Of a stretch of 64,000 bases of DNA, positions 50,430 to 63,960 are shown piece after piece (position 1 is the first letter of the stretch; each line of letters starts with the position of its first letter). The DNA lies in the NCBI RefSeq assembly GCF_963921235.1, contig NC_086097.1, positions 111,106,001 through 111,170,000 of the forward strand, read 5' to 3'. This DNA comes from Mobula hypostoma. Lineage: Eukaryota. The notes beneath the pieces were generated by a model, which did not search any database, was not told the origin of the DNA, and saw only the letters and a list, made by a program, of their open reading frames with translations. Both the position numbers and the translations under genes were made by a program.

Positions 50430-50985
50430 TAATTGAATTGAATTGACTTTATTACTTACATCCTTAATATACATGAGGCGTAAAAATCTTTATGTTACAT
50501 CTCCATCTAAATGTGCAATGTGCAATTTATAGTAATTTGTAATAAAAAGTATGTACAACAGGACAATCAATATAACATAGAAATACATATATATCAGCAT
50601 GAGTTAATCAGTCTGATGGCCTGGTGGAAGAAGCTGTCCTGGAGCCAGTTGGTCCTGGCTTTTATGCTGCGGTACCGTTTCCTGGATGGTAGCAGCTGGA
50701 ACGGTTTGTGGTTGGTATGACTCAGGTTCCCAATGATCCTTCGGGCCCTTTTTACACACCTTACTTTGTAAATGTCCTGAATCATGGGATGTTCACATCT
50801 ACAGATGCGATGGGCTGTCTGCACCACTCTCTGCAGAGTCCTGTGATTAAGGGAGGTACAGTTCCCATACAAGGCAGTGATGCAGCCAGTCAGGATACTC
50901 TCAATTGTGTCCCTGTAGAAAGTTCTTAGGATTTGGGGGCCCATGTCAAACTTCCTCAACCGTCTGAGATGAAAGAGACGCATCC
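50430..50985 (-). mobile_element. Rex1/Babar-type LINE 3' end, comparatively intact
   Basis: RLFHLRRLRKF…ESILTGCITALYGNC…FQLLPSRKRYRS…SFFHQAIRLIN; AATTG repeat tail at ~50431-50445. Confidence 0.85.
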
Positions 50986-52992
50986 TCGGTGATGTGTATG
51001 CCGAGAAACCTAAAGCTTGTACTTTTGTAATTTTTGTAAAGTTTTGTGAATTGTACTTGTAAATTTTGTACTTTTATTTATTTTGTATAGTAATTTTCTG
51101 TCTTTGCTCCGTATTGCTGCCACAAAACAAGTTTCACAACACGAAAGACAGCAGTAATAAACCTGATTCTGAAACTGATTGTGACTATTCCAAATCATTT
51201 CAGAAAATAACTGGTTCCTTAAGTGTAAAACAGTTAACAAACGATCTTAAAATAAAATCATACACATCTTTTATTGGCTGACCCCTAGAAGGCAGAGACA
51301 AATAGGCACTTCTGTGGTTGGCCATCAGTGCAGAGCAGAGTGCTCCAGGGGTTGGTGCTGCGCCCTCAGCTGTTCACAATATATATTAACACTTTGGAAG
51401 AAGGGGACCAGGTGTGTTGTATCTATGTTTGCTGATGGCACTAGTTGAGTGGAAAAGCATATTGTGCAGAGGATACTGAAAGTTTGCAGAGGGGTATAGA
51501 TAGGTTAATTACGTGGGCAAGGTTTTGGCATATGGAGTTCAATACTGTATCGGTAAATGCAAGGTCATTCACTTCCATTTGGAAGGAAAAGTAGAAGATC
51601 AGACTATTATTTAAATGGTGAAATATTGCAGCTTGCTGTTGTGCAGAGGACTTAGGATAGCTTTTGCATGAATCACAAAAGGTTGATTTGCAGGTGCTAC
51701 AGGTTGTCAAGAAGGCAAATGAAATGTTGACCTTCATTGCTAGAGGGATTAAATTTAAGAGCAGAGAGGTTACACTGCAACTGTACAGGTAAGTCCGCAC
51801 CTGAAATACTGCATGCATTCCTGGTCTCCTTACTTGAGGAAAGACATACTGGCTTTGAAGGCAATGCAGAGGAGATTCACCAAGTTGATTCTGGAGAAGA
51901 ACGCTTCAGCCTATGAGGAGAGTAAGTCTTTGAGGATAATACTAGCTGGAATTCGTAAAAGGGGCAGATAAGATAGAGGAAGGAAAGCTGTTTCCACTGG
52001 CAGCTAAGACTAGAACTAGGAGAAATAGGCTGCATTTGGAGAGCTGCATTTAATTGTGATCACTCCTGTTAAGTTTTGTAACTCCAAAACATTAAACTAT
52101 TTAAAAGAAAAACACAGAGCCAGGAATAACCATAACAACTTCATCTTTAGTTTTAGCAAGGCACGCAAATATGACATGGTAGTTTCATGACTTACGCCAT
52201 TCATGTACTTTTACATATAACCCATAATTAATTTTGTAAACAAAGAACACTTAAACAATGTATTTACAATATTACGCAGATATTAATGAAGTATTGAATG
52301 CACAACACTCCTCCCTGCTTAGCTATAAACTGCAACTCAATATAGAATGCATCTCAACTCAAATATGAAACATATTGCTCTCTAAAATATATATATTTCT
52401 TACTCTTGTAGGACAACGTCTTTGCTGACAAGGGGTGTCACTCTGCTTGGCAGGAGATACTTGTGGCTGTGAAACAACACCTACGGGTTGTAGGTGTTGA
52501 CTCTGTGAGTAGAGGACGTGGTTCTGACAGCTCTCGACACCTTCCTTCTCTAACAATTGATCCGTTCTCCTCAACTGATTGATGTGTTGCCTCCGGACGA
52601 TATGAGATATGATCGCCACTGCGTAGGAGAGAGGTCCTGTTCTGTCCTTAATCTTTCCAAGTACGCATTTTTCATCACCTCTGTAGTCCCTCACCAAGAC
52701 TGCTTTTCTCGGAGTGAAATGTTGAATCTCTTTCTTTGAGGAACTCTCAATTTGTTTCAGCTGTTTGTCCTGCACACTTCTTCTGAGATTTGCTTTGAAG
52801 TGAACCAATCGTGAATGTAAGGAATGACCCAGGAACAGCCTAGCTAGTGAGTTGTTGGTTGTGGAGTGTGCAGCATTGCGATATGCAAGGAAGAAATTGG
52901 CGAGCTTCCAATTCAGTGTTAGTACAGTGTGTTCTGCTGACACTGATTGCAGTGTGTGACTACAATCAAACTTTTTCACCAAGCCATTTGTA

Positions 52993-54628
52993 GAGTACAT
53001 AAAAAAGGTATTCATCCCCTTGGAAGTTTTCATGTTTTATTGTTTTACAGCATTGAATTACAGTGGATTTACTTTGGCTTTTTTGACACTGATCAACAGA
53101 AAAGATTTTTTCTGTCAAAGTGAAAGCAAATTTCTACAAATTAAACACAAAATAATTGATAGCATAATTACTCACCCCTTTCAAGTCAGTATTTAGTAGA
53201 TGCACCTTTGGCAGAAATTATAGCCTTGAGTCTATGTGGTCAGGTCTCTATCAGCTTTGCACATCTGGACACTGCAAATTTTCCCCATTCTTCTTTACAA
53301 AACTGCTCAAGCTCAGTCAGATTGCATGGGGATTGTAAGAGAACAACCCTTTTCGAGTTCTGCCACAAATTCTCAATTGGATTGAGGTCAAGAATCTGAC
53401 TTAGCCACTACAGGACATTAATTTTGTTGTTTTTAAGCCATTTCTGTGCTAGCTTTGGCTTTATTGTTGGGGTCATTGTCTTGCTGGAAAACACATCTTT
53501 TCCCAAATCGCAGTTCTCTTGCAGACTGCATCAGGCTTTCCTCCAGGATTTCCCTGTATTTTACTGCAGTCATTTTACCCCCTACCTTCGCAAACCTTCC
53601 AGGGCCTGCTGCAGTGAAGCATCCCCACAGCATGATACAGCCACCACCATGTTTCATGGCAGGGATGGTGAGTTTTTGATGTGCGGTGTTTGGCTTACGT
53701 TAAAAATAGCATTTAGTCTGGTGGCCAAAAAGCTCAATTTTGGTTTCATCAGACCATAGAATCTTCTTCCAACTAATTTCAGAGACTCCACATACCTTCT
53801 GGCAAACTCTAGCTGAGAGTTCATGTTTTTTTCAACAGTGGCTTTCTCTTTGCCTCTTTCCATAAAGCTGCGACTGGTGAAGCACCCGGGCAACAGCTGT
53901 TGTATGCATAATCTCTCCCATCTCAACCACTGAAGCTTGTAACTCCTTTAGAGTTGTCATAGGTCTCTTGGTGGCCTCCCTCACGAGTCCTCTTCTTGCA
54001 CGGTCACTCAGTTTTTGAGGACAGCCTGCTCTAGGCAGATTTGCAGCTGTGCCATATTCTTTCCATTTCTTGATGATTGACTTAACTGTACTCCAAGGGA
54101 TTTTCAGTGACTTGGAAATTTTCTTGTATCCATCTTCTGACTTGTGCTTTTCAATAACCTCTTTGCAGAGTTGCTTGGAGCATTCTTCTGTTTTCATGGT
54201 GTAGTTTTTGCCAGGATACTGATTCACCAGCAGTTGGACCTTCCAGATACAGGTGTATTTTTACTACAATCAGTTGAAACACCTTGACTGCACACAGGTC
54301 TCCAAAAACAGATCTCCATTTAACTATTAATTAAGTGACTTCTAACACCAGTTGACTGCACCAGTGATGATTTGGTGTCATATTAAAGGGGGTGAATACT
54401 AATGCAGTAAATTATTTTGTGTTTTATATTTGTAATTAATTTTGATCACTTTGTAGAGGTCTGTTTTCACTTTAACATGAAAGAGTCTAATTAATTTAGA
54501 TAACTTTGATACAAGAGAGTCTTTTTCTGTTGATCAGTGTCAATAAAAGCCAAATTAAATCCTCTATGATTCAATATTGCAAAACATGAAAACTTACAAG
54601 GGAGGGTGAATGCTTTTTATAGGCACTG
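52993..54628 (-). mobile_element. Complete, decayed Tc1 transposon with long TIRs
   Basis: TA flanks on both sides, splitting the Gypsy integrase codons HPA|TNG. Transposase motifs GYKKISKSL, KHGGGCIMLWGCF, FQQDNDP and LNPIENLW. Confidence 0.92.
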
Positions 54629-56546
54629 TAGCTGGGTGGCACAGTACAGATGTAATATGTCTTATTCCATTCATTTTCAGAAATGACTGAAACTGTTCCA
54701 CAACAAACTGTGGTCTCTTGTCACTGACTAAGTGTTCTGGAATACAACACTTTCATTTTAACCACACCTCGATGGTGTAGCTCCTCCAACACTTTAGCTT
54801 TTATAGGTATTTTCTTTTCCAAGGGTAAATGGGACAATCCATCAGCATTTCTATGATTAGTTGTCATCATGAATTCAGTCTTGGAACTGTGACCTCCAAG
54901 AAACAGAACTCATCCATGCATTCATGCTGCGGTTGTTAGTGGAACAAATTTCTGCGGATTGAAAATGGACGCTAGTGGCTGATGAACAGTAACAGTGGTT
55001 GATGAGCATAACTCCTCTCCCATACAAGTACTTGTTGAAACTTTTTACACCCCAAACCGAACTCAAGGCCACTCTGTCAATCTGTGCAGGATTTTTCTCT
55101 GCAGCAGCAATGGAACGTATACAAAGGCTATGGGGCATTCACTTCCATCAGTCATACATGCGGCATGACTGCACCTATACCATAAGGCAAGGTGACACAG
55201 GCACGTTTCACTGCACGATGTGGTTCATAATGTGTGAGTACAGTGTCTGACATCACCATTTCCTTTACCTTTCTGAAACCCACCTCACACTGCTTTGTCC
55301 ATTGCCATTTATTCCCATTCTGTAGTAATGAGTTCAAGGGGTGGAGCACATTAGTCAGGTTTGGCAGGAACCTGTAATAACAATTGACAAGTCAAAAAAG
55401 GACCACAACTGTAACACTTACTTTGATCTTGGGGCCACTGCTTAAATTTTCTCAGCACACTTGTGTAATCTTTGTACATCAATGGTGTGACCACAGTAAG
55501 TGATGCTTGGTTTAAAGAATTCACACTTGTTGCATTGTGCTCTAAACCCATAATCTTCTAACTTTTTTAACACTGCTTTGAGATTGTAGAGATGTTCCTT
55601 GTCAGCCTTACAGGCAACAATGATGTCATCTAAATAATACTGAGTGCCAGGTCAGCTTTGCAGCATCTGGTCCATAGCTTTCTGCCAGAGTGCAGGTGCA
55701 GAAGCTACTCCAAAATATAAGCCTGTTATAGTGATAAAGCCCTTTGTGTGTGTATAGTGTGGAACACTTTGGACTCTCTTCCATCTCCATCTGTAGGTAG
55801 GCCTCAGCTAGGTGCACTTTGCTGAAATACTTCCCTCCAGAAAAGTTTGCAAAGATATCTTCTATCCTGGGCTCCACCTAAACTTGGAAAGAATTCCTTC
55901 AGCCTCCATGCACTCGAGCTCAGTGGCAACTTTATCATGATTGTACAAGGAAACAGACAGGCTTTGTAAAACTTGGGTGTGGCATTTTCATTTAACACTA
56001 TTTTTCCCTTGATATTTTTGAGTTTTCCGATGGCAACGTTGATCACTGCTGTGGCATCATCCAGTACCTTTCTTAATTTGCTTTCAGTTGACTATTGCAG
56101 GGGATGTAGTATGCAAATAATGGATGGATCTCCACTAAAGTTGCAGCTGTCACAGTTACTCATGGCCCCACAAGACTGGCTCTCCCGATTTTACCACATA
56201 CAAGCCCAATGTAGCTTGTTGGTTTCTATATTTCACTGTTACAAATGTCATTCCATAGGAGCTATCTTTTCTCTAGTTTAAGTTCTCAATTGGATATCTG
56301 CAGGCTTCAGTTCAGTGTCTTTGAAATGCCGTTCAAGCTCATTTTGTGGAATGGCTGAAACAGATCTGCTGGTGTCCAATTCCAGTTTTATTAATTTGTC
56401 ATTCACTCTGGTGTAAGTCATATTATTTATCTTTATTTTTGTGTGCCTGATATGCTCTTTGTATATGCCCTACTTTGTTGCATTTTCTGTAAGGTTCACC
56501 CTTATACCTACATTGGTTTGGTGTATGTGAGCCACTGCCACAAAGG

Positions 56547-56820
56547 CCTCCCTAGGCCTCCTGTCCCATGATCCTCTCCCTTCTTCAGCCTTGTATCCCT
56601 TTTGCCAATCAACTTTCCAGCTCTTAGCTCTATCCTTCCCCCTCCTGTCTTCTCCTATCATTTCAGATCTCCCCCTCCCCCTCCCCCTCCCACTTTCAAA
56701 TCTCTTACAATCACTTCTTTTTGTTAGTCCTGACGAAGGGTCTCGGCCCGAAACTTCGACAGTGCTTCTTCCTATGGATGCTGTCTGGCATGCTGCGTTC
56801 CACCCGCATTTTGTGTGTGT
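56547..56820 (+). mobile_element. Penelope tail of a sister subfamily (hammerhead 56726-56761, GAAACTTC variant)
   Basis: 11-bp TSD TGCCACAAAGG (56536-56546 / 56821-56831). Confidence 0.85.
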
Positions 56821-57767
56821 TGCCACAAAGGGAACTCACTTTGTTCAGCTAGGCAGGTTTCTGTTGAGAAGTTGGTAATGCTCAATTTCATTGCTGACTG
56901 AAACTCAGTTGCATCTCTGACTGCAGTTTCCTTTGATACAGCAATTTCAACTGCTCTTTTAAATGTGAGTTGTGCTTCAGTTAAGAACCATTTTTGAATG
57001 CTTTCTTGTAAGATTCCACAAACAATGATCTCTCAATGCATTATTAAGCCCATTACCAAACCAGCAATGCTCAGACAATCTATTCACTTCAGCTGCATAA
57101 GCTGAAATGGGTTCCCCTTCCTTCTGATTCCACTTATGAAACTAAACTGTTCTACAATCAACAATAGTTTCAGTTCTAAAAGTTCCTGCATTACTTTCAT
57201 GATATCAGCAAAGCTCATTTCAGCTGGTTTGCTTGGAGCAGTTAAGCTTCTGAGCAAACTATAAGCTCTTCCACCAGATACATTCAGTAAAACTGGCACT
57301 CGTTTCCTATTGGCTATTTCATTTGTTTCAAAATACTGCTCATTTGTTCAGGATACAATATCCAGTTTTTTATGCAATTGAATGCAACAATCTTTCTGAT
57401 GTAGCCAATCATTTCAGCCCTTTTTTAAATTTATGATTATTAATACTCTGTACTCACTGTTTATGAACCCATGAATTTCATTTGTTTTCTGCCTTTTTTT
57501 TAACTCAACCATCTCTCTCTCTCGCTGACCCTTGCAAAGAAAACAATGTGCTGTGCTTCAACAAGTAGGTGATAGTTTCTGGTTTGTTTTGAAACTTACT
57601 TGTCGTTACTGTTATATTTTGTAACTCCACAACATAAAACTAATTCAAAGAAGAATACGGAGCTGGGTAAAAATTATGTCTACTTTCTTTTTACTTTTAG
57701 GGAGCTGGGCAAATGTGTTCCAGTAGCATCATGACATATGCCATTCACCTTCTTTACATATAGCCCT

Positions 57768-58617
57768 TGTTACATGATCGGCAACAATGAATTATCAATT
57801 GAGGCAGGTTTTATAAACAAACATAAATATTTATTAAATTCTGCTCAATAATAGTGAAAAATATTCAACAATTAACTTAACCGTAAGTTAACTGCTATAC
57901 GGCAACTCTGGAACAGTTCTTAAAAAGGTAAATGTGAAAACAATTCTTAAAGTGGTAAATTCGAACCCAGTCTTAAAATGGTAAATTCGAGAGTCCACGT
58001 CAAAAAGGAGAGACTTCTCTGGAAACAGATTTCTTCAAAAACATGCCGTTACTGCTGATTCTCCAAAGGATTCACTATGAAGTAAATAATATGGCTTAAA
58101 GGAACTGACCTTTTCCTGGCGAGTAGACACTGCACAACTTCCCTGCTCTTGCAGGAGTTATCTCAGATACAGGTCACTATATTATGAGTAAATCCTCAAT
58201 AAGGTCAATCCTTTATAAAGCCGCCGAATGACTCCAACTTTATTCCGATCCTTCAGGTTCCCGACCTTTAATAAAGTCTTCGCCCAATACTACTGAAAAG
58301 GGAGAATTATAGATGCAACACACATAAACCTGGCAGCAATTGGCGAAACTGCCGACACCAATCTTTGCACCTTAAAATAGACAGGAAAACTCCATTTTAA
58401 AACGAAACTGCGTCATGACAAATACACAGCATAACGGAGTAGCATAACAAACTAACACAAAACTAAACTGCGTCACCAGGGTTTTCCTTTATATACCTGT
58501 TGAGAACAGGTCATCACGTGACCTCACATTGGTGGGAAAATTACATCATATGACCTCCACAAGACCATTACATCATGCTTGTAAGACAGTCACAAGACAC
58601 CCATGGGTTATGTAACA
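57768..58617 (-). mobile_element. Solo LTR related to the Gmr1-like element, inserted in the other Gypsy's 5' LTR
   Basis: Reverse complement is colinear with 29580-30446; TG…CA ends; 4-bp TSD CCCT, supported by the empty site in the LTR at ~52220. Confidence 0.9.
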
Positions 58618-59548
58618 CCCTTAATCAATTATGTAAATCAACAGTGTTTAATCAAACAATATATTTATAATATTACTAACATATTAAATACACAACAACT
58701 CACTTTATAAGAAGGATGTGGAAGCTTTGGAGTGGGCACGGAAGAGTGTTACCAGGATGCTGCCTGGATTTGAGGGCCTGTGCTATAAACTGATGTTGGA
58801 CAAACTTAGGTTCTTTGCTCAGGAAAGGCAGAGGCTGAAGGGAGATGTGATTAAGGTTTATAAGATTATGAGAGGCATAGATAAACAGCTGGTATTTTCC
58901 CCCTGAAGTCAACATGTCAAATGCTGAGGACTTTCTTTTTAAGTGAGAAAGGGCAAGTTCAATGGCCTGCCAAGTGTGGTGCTGCAGCTGAAGGTGATAG
59001 AGGGATTTGAGAGACTCTTGGACAGGCAGAATCAGATTTATTATCACCATCATATGACATGAAATTTGTGGTTTTGTGGCAGCTGTGCAGTGCAAAGCTA
59101 TAAAATTATTATGAATTACAAAAAGAAATAAATATTGCAACAAAAAAAGAATAATGAGACAGTTTTTATGAACCATTTGGAAATATGATGGTGGAGAGGG
59201 CAAAGCTGTTCCTAAATCACTGAGTATGGAGGAATATAGACATTGTGTAGGCAGAAGAGATTAGATTAATTTGGCACTTAATTACTACTTTAATTAGTTT
59301 TTTCACAATATCGTGTGCCAAAGTGTCTGTTCCTATACTACACTGTTCCATATTCTCTGTTTTTAGTATTTTCTTTCTCTATCCATTACTTGAATATTCC
59401 ATAAACTGGCTTTGAGTGAATGCATGTTAGTTATAGTTTTATTAATTAACAATATAGATTGTAGCAAATTAATTATGGCTTTAATTTTTATTGGCATTGG
59501 ATCTGGATTAAAACTAATTTACTTTCAACATAGTCAGTATTTCTAGCA

Positions 59549-60590
59549 CACTGGATTCTGGTTAATTGGGCCATGAGTTAATCGGGGCAGCCACTTATTT
59601 GAGGCAACTCTTAAAGAACAAAATCTAATTGAAAAAATAGCTGGGATTCCCCTTGTTTATTTGGGACACTATGCCAATTAATTGGGACAGGGGACTGGTG
59701 CTGAACAGTTTCTAACTAGTGTTAGTCACATGCATTTACATGGCCATTAGCCGCAATACCGTACTTTGCATGGAAGAGTTTTTAAGTACCGTCCATTGCA
59801 TGTGTTTGTGTTTAAAAAGCTGTGATTTTGTTCATTTGGCAAGATATAAGCAATAAGACAATTCAGTACTGTTTTGCTCACTGTGCTTCAAGCATTCAAG
59901 CGTGAAGATGCCAGAAACAGCCAGGAGTGAAAATAAAATGATTTCAGTACTTCAATTAGTTAAAAACCTCAAAGAATTTGAAGATATAGACAATACTCCT
60001 GAATGTTACAATGAAAATGAAGATTTAGAGAATGCAATTATCAAAAGTATTCTATGAAGGCAGTCTATTATCTGCACTAGAAGTCTGCACTGATTTTCTT
60101 CACTTACAGTCAAAGGAACATAGAAACATAGAAAATAGGTGCAGGAGTAGGCCATTTGGCCCTTCGAGCCTGCGCCGCCATTCAGTATGATCATGGCCCT
60201 GTACCTGCTTTCTCTCCATACCTCCTGATCCCTTTAGTCACAAGGTCTATATCTAACTCCCTCCTAAATATAGCCAATGAACTGGCCTCAACTGTTTCCT
60301 GTGGCAGAGAATTCCACAGATTCACCACTCTCTGTGTGTGTAAAGAACATAATGCAGATGGATTACTCTGTCGATAAGTATTAGTTTTATAGTACTGCAG
60401 CAGTATTGGTAGTGTTCTAGTTTGTTCTGTATTTCATTTAAATACACAATTTGTTACTCAGTTAAACAGTAGTTTGTCTTCTTATATACCCTTTTGACCA
60501 TTTACATGAAACTTCAGCTATTTGAAGCAGCTGCTTAATTGGGCCAAAATATAGTGGTCCCAATGTGCCCCAATTAACTGAAATCCACTG
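59549..60590. mobile_element. Tigger/pogo-like non-autonomous DNA transposon with a CR1 3' end inserted (~60116-60340, minus)
   Basis: TIRs CACTGGATTCTGGTTAATTGGG / CCCAATTAACTGAAATCCACTG, with TA on the right flank. Confidence 0.7.
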
Positions 60591-62200
60591 TACCTCTTCT
60601 TCCTTGGTGAAATTCATTACCAAATACTTACTTATACTCTAGCTGTGCCATCCACCTCCATGCGTACGTTACCCTCTTAGTCCCCTCTCAGGGCCAAGCA
60701 TACCTTTACTCCCAGCTGTTTATTAACATGCCTTCCATTTTATGTCAACCTCCATTTTATTCCCATATTCTCTCTTTGCTATCTGACATATCCTTTCACC
60801 ACTTCACTCAGTTCACCACAGTCATATCTGGTTATCACTTCATTTATTCAAATATCTTACACCACTTATTTTATTTCAAGGTTTTTTTTCTCTCCTTTTT
60901 GTCAGCTGGAATGTTGTGCTTTTTTTCCTTCCCAACTTTGCTGTTTTACCATTTTAGTTTGACCCACCAAACCTTGATTCCTTCTTCACCCACCCTCCAG
61001 TTTCCGAGTTCTGCTGAGACAACTCCTTCATCTTCTCCATTAAACACTGTCCAATGTGAAATACAAGCAGAAATATATCTGAATACAAGCCGGTCAGGGA
61101 GAAACAAAGTTTATGTTTACATGTAGAACATAAAACAGTACAGCATGGTATGGGCCCACCAGCCCATGATATTGTGTCGACCAATATGAACCAATGCCAC
61201 AATCATTTTAACATTTCCCTCTTACACAGCCCATAACCTTCTATTTTGTTTCTGTTATCCACATGCCTACCTAAGAGACTTCCAAGCGTTCATGTTGTAT
61301 CATCCTCTACCTTTGGGATAATAATCTTTCATGAAAAATGGGAAAGTTAAAAATCAGACTCAAGTTTCAGAGAGGGTGAGAGGAGCTGAGAAAACAAAAT
61401 TGAAAATCTGTATTAGGTAGAAACCAGGATAGACACAATAGAGTAGTGGTGGTAATCCCAACTTTAAAAAGGAAATTAAAGTTAGTCAATAAAAAATAAC
61501 TAGATACGTCTTGGGAAGGTACAGTATATACAGGAACAGACAAATGAAATCTCAAATTACTGGAAGGGATGAAAAGAAAACAGGATTGTGAAATCTAAAA
61601 TGGGAATGGCTGATCATCTGAAATTACTGTAATTATTGTTGAGTACAGAAAGCCTCAAGAATATTAATTGGTCATAGATAGAAACAGGCTGTTCAACCCA
61701 CCACATACTCACTGACCAGAGGGCACATTACTCTAATCTTTCAGCATTTAGCCCATCCCCTTCTATGCCTACCCAGTTCAATTACTCAGAGGCTTTTGAA
61801 ATGCTATCAGTGACCTCACTTTAGCTATTCTTCCAAGGAGTTCATTGCAGGTAGCCAGTTCTCTCTAGGTGGAAAAGGTCTCTCTCAATCCCCTGTGAAT
61901 CTCTTGTCACTGAAAATAAGTCGATACCTTGTAGCTTTATCTCCCTCTGATATGAGGATGAACTTGTAGCATATTGGTTCCCCTCAATATATCAGATATA
62001 GTACATTTTGGATCACTGGGCTTTATCCAATGACCTTTCGATGAACATCAGTCATAGCCCCCTCAACTTCTTCCACTCCAGGGAAAACAGACGAAGATTC
62101 TCCAACCTCTCAACAAAAATATAAACACTTCATCCCTTGTGACATCCTGCTGAATCTCCTCTGCACCCTCTCTAACACAATCACAACCTTCCTGAAATGT

Positions 62201-62492
62201 CAAGCACAAGAAAATCTTCAGATGCTGGAAATCCAAAACAACACACACAAAATGCTGGAGGAACTCCGCAGGTCAAGCAGCATGTATAGAAAAGAGTAAA
62301 TAATCAATATCTCAGTCCAAGACCCTTCATTCTTCACAGAGGGGGATCAGTGAGAGAGGGTTTCACTGAACTCCCAAAGGGAAGATTTAAACTTCTTCAG
62401 GGTAGGCATCCCTTTGAAGAGACTTTGCAGTGGAGTAGTTTTCATAGATGCTGGCTGGCCTGCTGAGCTCCTCCACCATTTTATGTGTGTCG
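62201..62492. mobile_element. Old miniature Penelope derivative: two inverted tails around a ~110-bp spacer
   Basis: Inverted tail sequences; 13-bp imperfect TSD CTTCCTGAAATGT/CTTCCTAAAGTGT within a CR1. Confidence 0.7.
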
Positions 62493-62813
62493 CTTCCTAA
62501 AGTGTGATGCCCAGAACTGCATGCTGTACTCCAGTTGAGGCCTATCCTAAGATTTATAAAGTTGGACGATAATCTCCCTGCTTTTGTATTCACTGCTGTG
62601 ACTAATCTGTTAATGCTGCTAACATGCCCACGTCAACCACCATTTCTGGCAGCTCAGTTCATATGCACACCATATCGCCCAGTAATTTCCATAACCTTCT
62701 ACACTGTTCAACGTGAGCAATTTTAGTGTCGTCCACAAACCTAATGACCGTGCTTTGTACATTTACATCCAAATAATTTGTATAAAATTACAAACAACCC
62801 CAGCACCAACCCT

Positions 62814-62927
62814 TGTGGCACACCTCTAAACGTGTGGCACCCCTCTAAATGTGTGGCACCCCTCTAAACGTGTGGCACCCCTCTAAATGTGTGGCACCCC
62901 TCTAAACGTGTGGCACACCTCTAAACG
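62814..62927 (+). repeat. Minisatellite, 19-bp unit x6, inside a CR1 RT remnant
   Basis: TGTGGCACCCCTCTAAA(C/T)G repeated six times. Confidence 0.95.
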
Positions 62928-63209
62928 AAGGCCTCAAGTGCAAAAAACAACCCACTACATCACCTCTGCTTCTTACTACTGAGCCAATTTTGAATCCAAT
63001 TTTCCATGTCCCCCTGGATCCCACAGAATTTAACCTTCCAGACCATGTTAAAGACCTTACTGAAGCCAATATAATTGTCCACTGCCCTTCCCTCATAAAT
63101 GCTCTTGGTTATCTCCTCAAGGAACTCCATTATATTTGTAAGAAACAGCTTCCCACACACACAGCCATGCTGATTGTCCTGAATTGGACCCCAGTCTCTC
63201 CAAATGTTG

Positions 63210-63960
63210 GAAGAAGGCATGGAGAGCCATCCTAACTGTAAACTGTGCCTACTGTTGTCAGGTCTTTTGCCATTGGCACCCAGCCAGCTGCTCCAACCCT
63301 GGGGATTGTGTCTGGCTGTCCACCTGAGATCTGCCCCTATGCACCGACTCCTGCAACCTCTCACCCCAGTTCATTGGTCCCATTAAGATTATCCCACTGG
63401 ATCAACCCAGTCACTTACTATCTACATCTGCCATCATCCCTTTGGGTCCCACATACCTTCCACATGTCCTACTTCAAGCATATTATCCACGGACCACTCG
63501 ACCCGCATGAATCTGCACCTCTGGAACCTTGGGTGGTGGAAGGTGGTCCAGTGTACACAGTTAACTGGTTGATGAATTCATGCCATTTTGGACAGGGTGT
63601 GCAGTATCTGGTTGAATGGGAAGGATATGGCTGGGGAAGAGATCTGGGGTGCCATCCAGTTACAACTTGAATCCAACCACCACACCCACCTGGATCGGCT
63701 TGGGCCATTGGGGGCCGGCCGTGGGGAGGGGAGAGGGTCCTGTCAGGTCTGCACAGGCAGGCACCTCCCAGTCTCCACCCAGCTAATGAACCACCCGCCA
63801 CTCGCTTCCAACCCATCACCTGCAGTCAGTTTAAACTCAGCTCTCACCCACAGTCCTTGTTCACTCAGAAGAACCAGCCACCCTCAACCAGATGCTCCTA
63901 GTCATCAGTTACATCTCATGATAAGTATTGGTTCTGTCATGTTTTGCCCAGGCCTGCGCC
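63210..63960 (+). mobile_element. Chromovirus-type Gypsy 3' fragment: integrase GPY/F + chromodomain, PPT and LTR start
   Basis: INPVTYYLHLP…HTFHMS and YTV…QYLVEWEGYG motifs; purine tract 63723-63737, then TGTCAGG at 63741. Confidence 0.8.

Larger units (their letters stand above)
52067..58697 (-). mobile_element. Decayed Ty3/Gypsy LTR retrotransposon with short (~240 bp) LTRs and standard RT-RH-IN order
   Basis: LTRs at 52067-52307 and 57610-58697 (the latter split by a solo LTR). PPT AGGGAGGAG at 52316-52308, TSD-like ACTCC/ACTCA. RT PRIEDIFA…YLDD and integrase HPATNG, FLAYRN motifs. Confidence 0.88.
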
